From NCBI GenBank assembly GCA_050251875.1, contig JBFWMA010000002.1:1-64000 (forward strand): a stretch of 64,000 nt of DNA, written 5' to 3'. The notes under the pieces are model-generated. The model did no database searches. It was not told where the DNA came from and saw nothing but the letters and a program-made list of their open reading frames with translations. A program made the position numbers and the translations under genes. Of this stretch, positions 57,408 to 64,000 are shown piece after piece; position 1 is the first letter of the stretch, and each line of letters begins with the position of its first letter. The DNA is from Deferribacterales bacterium (GTDB lineage Bacteria > Chrysiogenota > Deferribacteres > Deferribacterales > Geovibrionaceae).

Positions 57408-59111
57408 ATGGACAAAGATGGTAAAAGCAGAGTTTCCAGACGGGATTTCCTGAAAGGCAGTGTCGCAGGTATGGCGACAGCGGCGATCGCCGCAACGGCA
57501 GTAGCGGTACCCGGTGTATCCGAAGCGGGCGAAAAACTTCCGCACGACTGCCGGAAATGGAGCTGGGAAGCCCCCATGAAGGCTATTCCTGAGAATCAGA
57601 TCAAAAAAACTGTTAAAACAGACGTGGTTATCATCGGCGCCGGTCTTGCGGGGCTTGCTGCCGCTGTTTCCGCCGCTGAGCACGGAGCTGATGTGCAGAT
57701 AGTTGAGAAGAACTCCACATGGGCAGCCAGAGGCGGACACATCACCGCTTTTAACAGTAAAGTTCAGAAAAGTCTGGGCATCCAGAATGACTACAGACAG
57801 ATAATCCGTGACTGGATAGCATGGGCTCAGGGCAGGGTGGATGAGAAACTCCTCTGGTCTTTCGCCCATAAAAGCGGCGCCTGTATGGACTGGGCGGTGG
57901 ACATATCCAAAAAATACGGTCTCGAAGTCACTATGTGGGAAGGCTACTACAAAGGACCCGACTACACAGAATATCCCGTGACACACATCTTCTATGAAGA
58001 GGGCGCGGATCTTTCATATGTATACGGCAACTCAAAAGGCATAGGTAACGTAACACTCGTCCCCGCTATGGAGAAAGAGGCTAAATCAAAAGGCGTTGCA
58101 GTCAACTACAACACTCCCGCCGTTCAGCTTATCAAAGGATCTGACGGCAAGATAAAAGGGCTCATCGCAGGCAAAAAAGGCAAATATACTAAGTTTCTGG
58201 CAAAAAGCGTAATCATCGCCACAGGCGACTATGCCTCCAACAACGAGATGAAAGAGTGTTACTCACCTTTCAGCCTTAAGGCGGACGCTCAGATCTATTT
58301 CCCCAATAAGTGCAACACAGGTGACGGTCACATAATGGCTATGCAGATAGGCGGAGACATGCAGAGACAGGGACCCCACGCCGCTGTTATCCACCTGGAA
58401 GCCGGAGCAGCCAGCTATGGATTTCTCCATGTGAACGCTCTGGGTAAACGTTTTAAAAACGAAGACGTAAACACCCAGTCAAAAAGCTGTACAAAAGAGC
58501 TGGAGCCCGGAGGCATCGCATACACTATCTATGACAAGCACTGGGCAGATCAGGTGAAATATCAGGTGGACAACAACCTGGGCGGCGGTCTGTTCTATGG
58601 ACAGATGTGGCAGCCCTGGGGCAAAGGATGGAACAAAGATGTTGAGATCATGACTCAGCAGGCTCACATAAAAGACGGTAAAGTTCTCGTGGCAAACACA
58701 GTGGAAGAACTGGCTCAGAAGATAGATGTGCCCGTGCAGAACCTGAAAGCCACCATCGCCAGATACAACGAGCTTTGCAAAATGCAGAACGATGCGGACT
58801 ATGGAAAGAGGAAACAGCTCCTGACACCGATCATCGATCCTCCTTTCTATGCAGGAAAACTCTACAGCACACTTCTGACTATGTGCGGCGGTCTGAGAAC
58901 AGACAGCAGTCTGCTTGTTCTGGATGAAAAAGGTCAGCCTATAGACGGACTTTATGTTGTCGGCTCAGCACAGGGTGAGTTCTTTGCTAACGATTACCCG
59001 ACAATCTGCCCCGGAATCGGACACGGACGCTGTCTGACATTCGGCAGAATGGCGGGAATACTCGCCGCAGGCAAAGACCCCGACAAGATAATTCCTTCTC
59101 TGGAAGTATAA
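57408..59111 (+). CDS. Tat-exported flavocytochrome c flavin subunit (FAD-dependent reductase)
   Basis: SRRDFLK, GAGLAG, ATGDY, TGDG, GKRFKNE, GGLRTD; ATG 57408 after AAGGAG. Confidence 0.88.
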   Translation: MDKDGKSRVSRRDFLKGSVAGMATAAIAATAVAVPGVSEAGEKLPHDCRKWSWEAPMKAIPENQIKKTVKTDVVIIGAGLAGLAAAVSAAEHGADVQIVEKNSTWAARGGHITAFNSKVQKSLGIQNDYRQIIRDWIAWAQGRVDEKLLWSFAHKSGACMDWAVDISKKYGLEVTMWEGYYKGPDYTEYPVTHIFYEEGADLSYVYGNSKGIGNVTLVPAMEKEAKSKGVAVNYNTPAVQLIKGSDGKIKGLIAGKKGKYTKFLAKSVIIATGDYASNNEMKECYSPFSLKADAQIYFPNKCNTGDGHIMAMQIGGDMQRQGPHAAVIHLEAGAASYGFLHVNALGKRFKNEDVNTQSKSCTKELEPGGIAYTIYDKHWADQVKYQVDNNLGGGLFYGQMWQPWGKGWNKDVEIMTQQAHIKDGKVLVANTVEELAQKIDVPVQNLKATIARYNELCKMQNDADYGKRKQLLTPIIDPPFYAGKLYSTLLTMCGGLRTDSSLLVLDEKGQPIDGLYVVGSAQGEFFANDYPTICPGIGHGRCLTFGRMAGILAAGKDPDKIIPSLEV

Positions 59112-59123
59112 ACAGGGATTTTT

Positions 59124-59627
59124 ATGACAAAAACCATAAATGGGTTAATTTTTCTGACGGCGGCCCTCTTTCTGACGGCGATGGCATATGGGGGAGGCGC
59201 GGGAGCGTCATGCTCAGGCGATTGCCATGTGATAAAGCCCTATGAGGAGGGCGCCGCAAATAAAGAACTGCTCGTTTACAGCCACTTTCAGGCAGGAGTG
59301 GGATGCACGGAATGCCACGAGAGAACGGATGAGGAGATAGCGCACGAAAAAGAGGTGTATAAAAGCGGGGACTATGAAAAACCGCTCTACACCAGAGAGT
59401 ATGACGCTGATTTCTGCTTCCGCTGTCATGAGAGCTACAAGGCTCTGGCGGAAAGATCCGAACATCTGAAAGAAGAGCTGGGGCGTAACCCGCATGAATC
59501 ACACATGGGCGAAGTACCATGTTATGAATGTCACAAGGCGCATCAGCCCTCACGGCTGGTCTGCTCCGAGTGTCATAAATCGAATTGGGGAGAAAAACTG
59601 CCAAAAGGCTGGCAGTTTGACAATTAG
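59124..59627 (+). CDS. multiheme cytochrome c3-like subunit
   Basis: Signal peptide; CTECH, CFRCH, CYECH, CSECH plus CSGDCH; RNPHESH. Confidence 0.88.
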   Translation: MTKTINGLIFLTAALFLTAMAYGGGAGASCSGDCHVIKPYEEGAANKELLVYSHFQAGVGCTECHERTDEEIAHEKEVYKSGDYEKPLYTREYDADFCFRCHESYKALAERSEHLKEELGRNPHESHMGEVPCYECHKAHQPSRLVCSECHKSNWGEKLPKGWQFDN

Positions 59628-59812
59628 CTTTCCGGTGGGGGCTATGAAGGAGGGACAGAGCCCCCTACTGTTTTCTTAGCCATGCCGGAGTGATGAAAGG
59701 ATCGGTATGATCCGCTCTCTCCTTATGTCTCATAACACCAGACGGCAGTGGAAACGGAACTCCCCTTATGCGGGAGTTCCTTTAAATAGCCATATATCAA
59801 AAGGAGGTTCTG

Positions 59813-60733
59813 ATGAGGTTGTGTTCAGTTTTTTCAAAAGTGAAGGCACACACGGCAAAGGTGCTCTTGGCGCTGGTCGCGGCAGTTTTTTTCATGTCCG
59901 CCCCAGTGACTTATGCGCAGGATTACGCCATCGGTTCCGAAGGTATCAAGGCGGGTACCGTTCCCGGTCCCGGTTTCTATTATCTTATGTATAACCAGAT
60001 ATATTCTTCCGACACGCTGAAGGACGAAAACGGTGACGAGATCGACAACGGTTTCGATCTGCACACCTTCGCGAACGTGCACAGGTTTGTGTGGATGACA
60101 GATAAAAAGTTTCTGGGGGCGGATTACGGCATGAATATCATCATTCCTCTGGTGAGTGTTGATATAGACATAGACGCTGCGGACATAAGCGAGTCCAGCT
60201 TTAATGTGGGTGATATAATTCTGGAACCCGTGACACTGGCATGGCACGGCGACAGATATGATCTGGCTTTGGGGCTGGCTCTCTTTGTCCCCACAGGATA
60301 TTATGACGAGGACGATGCCTCATCCATAGGCAAAGACCACTACACCTTCATGCTCACCACCGGAGGCACATATTATCCGGACGCCGCAAAAAAATGGAGT
60401 CTCTCCATTCTCACCAGATATGAAAAACACTTCGAAAACCGTGACAAAGACGTCACATACGGCGATGACTTCAGCTTTGACTGGGGTATCGGCAGAAAGA
60501 TAGGTCTGTTCGATGTGGGTGTTTCCGGATACGCTCACTGGCAGTTATCTGACGATGACGGTGACGATGCAGCTTCAGAAGTGAAAGACCATATCATGGG
60601 CATAGGACCCGAAGTGGACATAGATATCCCCGCTATCAAGGGACAGGTAAGGTTTAAGTATTATAAAGAGTTTGATGCCGAAGACACCAACGAAGGCGAT
60701 GCCTTCTGGGTTACACTGGTGAAGGCATTCTAA
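59813..60733 (+). CDS. outer-membrane channel, SphA/Phenol_MetA_deg family
   Basis: EGIKAGTVPGPG, FVPTGYY, GIGPEV, terminal Phe. Confidence 0.8.
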   Translation: MRLCSVFSKVKAHTAKVLLALVAAVFFMSAPVTYAQDYAIGSEGIKAGTVPGPGFYYLMYNQIYSSDTLKDENGDEIDNGFDLHTFANVHRFVWMTDKKFLGADYGMNIIIPLVSVDIDIDAADISESSFNVGDIILEPVTLAWHGDRYDLALGLALFVPTGYYDEDDASSIGKDHYTFMLTTGGTYYPDAAKKWSLSILTRYEKHFENRDKDVTYGDDFSFDWGIGRKIGLFDVGVSGYAHWQLSDDDGDDAASEVKDHIMGIGPEVDIDIPAIKGQVRFKYYKEFDAEDTNEGDAFWVTLVKAF

Positions 60734-60775
60734 CATTGCTTCCTCCTTGTATTGACCCGCACGCATGACAACCTG

Positions 60776-60817
60776 CATAAGACCGTCCTTAGGGGCGGTC
60801 TTATGCGTTATTTTTTA
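60776..60817 (+). terminator. intrinsic terminator
   Basis: CATAAGACCGTCC-TTAG-GGGCGGTCTTATG followed by T-rich run. Confidence 0.75.
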
Positions 60818-60905
60818 TATTCCTTGACACATTGACCGCTTACTGGCAGTATATCGGGCTTTGCCTTTGGCAATATTCATCGTATAATAGTGCATGGAGA
60901 TATAA

Positions 60906-62111
60906 ATGGATTTTAACAAAAAGAGCGAGATTCTGATAACCTGCCCGAAAGAGATTCCCCAATATCTGGAAGCGGAGCTGAAAGCGCTGGGCTTTCCTGT
61001 TCTTTATAGCCGCAAGGCGGCAGTGGCGACCGAAGGCACGCTCAATGACTGCATTTTTCTGAACATGCACATCCGCACCGGACACCGTGTCCTGTGGTGT
61101 CTGGACAAATACCGCATACAGAACCCCGATGTCCTCTACAAAAACGGAAAGAAACTCCCTTGGGAGGATATCATTCCCCAGAAGGGATATTTCAGTGTTT
61201 CAGCCAGCGTTCTGAACGACACTATAAAAGATACACGCTTCGCCTCTTATAAACTGAAAGACGCCATAGTCGACCGTATCAGAGAGAAAAACGGTTCCAG
61301 ACCCGACTCCGGACCGAAAGAAGACAAAACAGTCATCTTCCTCTACTGGAAAGAGAACGACTGCGCCGTCTATCTCGATACATCAGGCGAGCCCCTCTCC
61401 AGAAGAGGATACAGAACCAACCCGAACAAAGCTCCCATGCAGGAGACTTTGGCGGCGGCTGTTCTGATGGCGGCGAAATATGACGGCTCCACCGGATTTG
61501 TAAACCCAATGTGCGGAAGCGGCACACTGAGCATCGAGGCGGCTATGATAGCCACCAATACTCCCGCCGGAGCATTCCGTAAGAATTTCGGCTTCATGCA
61601 CATAACCGGATACGATCCCAAGGTATATGAATCCGTGCGCAAAAAGGCGATGGACGGCGTTCGCAAGAAATCCGACATCAAAATACAGGCGTCAGACATC
61701 AGCCGTGAGGCAGTGATTGCGGCTCAGCAGAACATAAACAACGCCGGATTCGAGAACATAATCCACGTTCAGAGATGCGATTTCAGAGACAGCCACCTGC
61801 CCAAAAGCGGCGAGTTCATTCTGGTGGTTAACCCTGAATACGGCGTGCGTCTGGGCGATGTGGAGGCTCTGGCTCCCACATATGAGGCTCTGGGCGATTT
61901 CTTCAAACAGAAGTGCAAGGGAAGCAGATGCTTCATCTTCACAGGCAACCTCGATCTGGCTAAGAAAGTCGGGCTGAAGGCGGCCAGAAGACACATCTTC
62001 CACAACTCAAACATTGAGTGCCGTCTGATGGAATACGAAATGTATGAAGGCACAAAGAAAATATATAATGATTCGCCAAAAGAGGAAAAATCTGATACAA
62101 TAAAGCAGTAA
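60906..62111 (+). CDS. THUMP-domain SAM-dependent RNA methyltransferase (RlmL/YpsC-like)
   Basis: DTSGEPLSRRGYR, APMQETLAA, PMCGSGT, NPEYGVR. Confidence 0.9.
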   Translation: MDFNKKSEILITCPKEIPQYLEAELKALGFPVLYSRKAAVATEGTLNDCIFLNMHIRTGHRVLWCLDKYRIQNPDVLYKNGKKLPWEDIIPQKGYFSVSASVLNDTIKDTRFASYKLKDAIVDRIREKNGSRPDSGPKEDKTVIFLYWKENDCAVYLDTSGEPLSRRGYRTNPNKAPMQETLAAAVLMAAKYDGSTGFVNPMCGSGTLSIEAAMIATNTPAGAFRKNFGFMHITGYDPKVYESVRKKAMDGVRKKSDIKIQASDISREAVIAAQQNINNAGFENIIHVQRCDFRDSHLPKSGEFILVVNPEYGVRLGDVEALAPTYEALGDFFKQKCKGSRCFIFTGNLDLAKKVGLKAARRHIFHNSNIECRLMEYEMYEGTKKIYNDSPKEEKSDTIKQ

Positions 62112-62126
62112 TAACAAAGGTGAATT

Positions 62127-62345
62127 ATGCTTCGTACAGGTTCTTTAATATTTATTGCCTCTCTCATTCTGGGCTTCAAGTTTAAGTTTTTCTGGCTTGT
62201 GGCTCTGGTCATAGTCATGCTCTACATCATTCTTGTCCCATACTATTTTCTGGTGATGAAGACATGTGTTAACTGCGGCTCAAAAAATCCGCCGTTCAAC
62301 AAAAAATGTTCCTGCTGCGGTGAGGAGAACTGGCGCAGACAGTGA
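62127..62345 (+). CDS. small membrane protein with zinc ribbon
   Basis: Hydrophobic N-half; CVNCG...CSCCG. Confidence 0.65.
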   Translation: MLRTGSLIFIASLILGFKFKFFWLVALVIVMLYIILVPYYFLVMKTCVNCGSKNPPFNKKCSCCGEENWRRQ

Positions 62346-62385
62346 AACCTGTTGACCCTCTCAGCATGAGAATATACAATTCCTG

Positions 62386-64000
62386 ATGCTGAGTGTTGAG
62401 AATGTCGTAAACTATATCCGAAAGTCCAGATTTGCCGGGCACATCGCCTTCGACCATGTTTTTGACGGCAAAAACGCCGAAACGGTTCCTCTGGATATCA
62501 TCGACTCAGACATAATCAGAGACGCTCTCTCGGACACGGGCATAGATGAGCTCTATACGCATCAGGCACAGAGCTATGAGGCTGTGCGTTCCGGAAAAAA
62601 CGTTCTGATAACAACACCCACAGCGTCCGGAAAATCACTCTGCTATAACCTGCCCATCATCGAGGACATCTACCATAACAGAAATGTGAACGCCCTTTAT
62701 TTATTTCCTCTGAAAGCGCTGGGCAGAGACCAGAAGAGGGCGCTGGACAATTTTCTGGATCATATACCGCTGGGCTCCGGCATAGGGCTGGCTGTGGTGG
62801 ACGGCGACACAGATAAAAAACTCCGCAGAAAGATACAGAAGGACAGACCGAACATCATTTTCAGCAATCCGGATATTCTGCATTATTCTATTTTGTCCAA
62901 GAGAAACGAATGGGCTGATTTTCTGGCAGGGCTGAAATATATCGTGGTGGACGAGCTCCACACATACAGAGGCGTTTTCGGCAACCACGTTTATAATCTG
63001 TTTGCCAGATTCATGCGCCTGTATCCGCATGTGAGGATAATCTCATGCTCCGCCACCATAGGCAACCCGAAAGAGCTGGCAGAGACAATGTTCTCCCGTC
63101 CGTTTCACCATATATCGCAGAACGGCGCTCCGCAGGGCAGGCGGCATTTCATCATGATGAGTCCGGATGTTCCGGTCACCACCATGTCCGGTTTTCTGCT
63201 GAAAACCAACATAGAGTCGGGGCTGAAGACCATCTGTTTCACAAAATCCAGAAACCAGACAGAACGCATATTTTCTAACCTGCTCCACGCCGACCCCGGA
63301 TACGCAAAGACTGTGTCGTCTTACCGTGCCGGATTTCTGCCGGAGGAGCGCAGAGAGATAGAAAAAGACCTGACCGAAGGAAGGCTGAAGGCAGTGGTGT
63401 CCACATCCGCCTTTGAGCTGGGCATAGACATAGGCGGGGTGGACTGCACCATTCTCGCCGGATATCCGGGTTCGCTCATGAGTCTGTGGCAGAGAGCGGG
63501 CAGAAGCGGCAGGCGGGGGACAGACAGCCTGATTATCCTGATAGCCGGCAATGACGCTCTGGATCAGTATTATGTGAAACATCCGGAAAAGCTGTATCAG
63601 GGGACTTTTGAGAACGTGGTGCTGGACACGGAGAACGAGATAGTCAACCGGGCGCATATCAGATGCGCGGCGTATGAGCGCCCCATCAGCACAGGAGAGG
63701 AATATTACAAAAAGCACCGTGAGCTCATAGACAAGATGGCTGTGGAGAGCGGGCTGTTCATAAACGGGGAAGGGACGGAGTTCTTCACTCTGGCGAAATA
63801 CCCGTATATGGAGGTTGATCTGCGCATGGCTGGCGACAGCTACACCATACACTGCGGTAATACGCTGATAGCCACGGCATCCGGCAGACGGGCGTATATG
63901 GAGAATTTCCCCGGAGCCGTCTATCTGCACAGGGGCAATAATTTTATCATCAAGACCGTGGACAAAGCGAAGAAAGAGATTCACGCCGAACCCTTCAACG
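62386..64000 (+). CDS. DEAD/DEAH helicase, YprA/MrfA (Hrq1-like), truncated by the window end
   Basis: Hand translation from ATG 62386: LYTHQA, TPTASGKS, DELH, SATIGNP, YRAG, ELGIDIG, QRAGRSGR; absent from the ORF track because no stop codon is reached. Confidence 0.88.
   Translation, partial: MLSVENVVNYIRKSRFAGHIAFDHVFDGKNAETVPLDIIDSDIIRDALSDTGIDELYTHQAQSYEAVRSGKNVLITTPTASGKSLCYNLPIIEDIYHNRNVNALYLFPLKALGRDQKRALDNFLDHIPLGSGIGLAVVDGDTDKKLRRKIQKDRPNIIFSNPDILHYSILSKRNEWADFLAGLKYIVVDELHTYRGVFGNHVYNLFARFMRLYPHVRIISCSATIGNPKELAETMFSRPFHHISQNGAPQGRRHFIMMSPDVPVTTMSGFLLKTNIESGLKTICFTKSRNQTERIFSNLLHADPGYAKTVSSYRAGFLPEERREIEKDLTEGRLKAVVSTSAFELGIDIGGVDCTILAGYPGSLMSLWQRAGRSGRRGTDSLIILIAGNDALDQYYVKHPEKLYQGTFENVVLDTENEIVNRAHIRCAAYERPISTGEEYYKKHRELIDKMAVESGLFINGEGTEFFTLAKYPYMEVDLRMAGDSYTIHCGNTLIATASGRRAYMENFPGAVYLHRGNNFIIKTVDKAKKEIHAEPFN

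Noticed and set aside
53759..59627. selenocysteine read-through in the redox proteins
   Set aside because: No in-frame TGA interrupts these ORFs
62386..64000. DISARM DrmB assignment for the terminal helicase
   Set aside because: Host-like composition and housekeeping neighbours; fits stand-alone YprA/MrfA; downstream context is outside the window
1..64000. CRISPR arrays, IS transposases, rRNA, and the many short overlapping ORFs in the track
   Set aside because: No regularly spaced repeats, transposase motifs or rRNA seen; short ORFs are antisense or off-frame shadows of well-supported genes

Overview
Bacterial chromosomal window. Gene content suggests an anaerobic respirer, possibly Deferribacterales (inference only). 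(1) 1-12.76 kb is the AT-rich end of an island integrated at a tRNA-Leu-like 3' end (att copy at ~12768). It carries a DUF4011/SF1-helicase/Vsr-like (Hhe-type) gene, a Fic gene, an orphan gene and a Hachiman (hamAB) pair. (2) 12.8-15.9 kb holds a tRNA-linked repeat element and a cupin/AraC/Fe-ADH module bracketed by a duplicated terminator. (3) 15.9-36.1 kb holds an HD-GYP gene, a NarL-type regulator and two tandem HisKA_7TM kinases, divergent from a ~2855-aa T1SS adhesin with TolC, ABC and HlyD genes. (4) 36-50 kb has an M23 peptidase, a LysR, a third HisKA_7TM/NarL pair, a DUF1566 lipoprotein, an operon of three uncharacterised secreted proteins and an RTX-repeat protein. (5) 50-64 kb has a CHASE/PAS kinase, a LysR with a split-Soret-type cytochrome c/cytochrome b pair, a XylR/sigma54-controlled flavocytochrome c operon, a THUMP methyltransferase and a partial YprA/MrfA-like helicase. 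Most striking unannotated signal: each NarL-type regulator gene is followed by a box-plus-sigma70 promoter driving a short terminated non-coding unit. The first (~80 nt, minus strand, ~17247-17328) is complementary over ~30 nt to the 5' leader of the giant adhesin gene 4.3 kb away and skips exactly one hairpin. This is a candidate two-component > sRNA > adhesin circuit. All family calls come from motif recognition by eye, not database searches.
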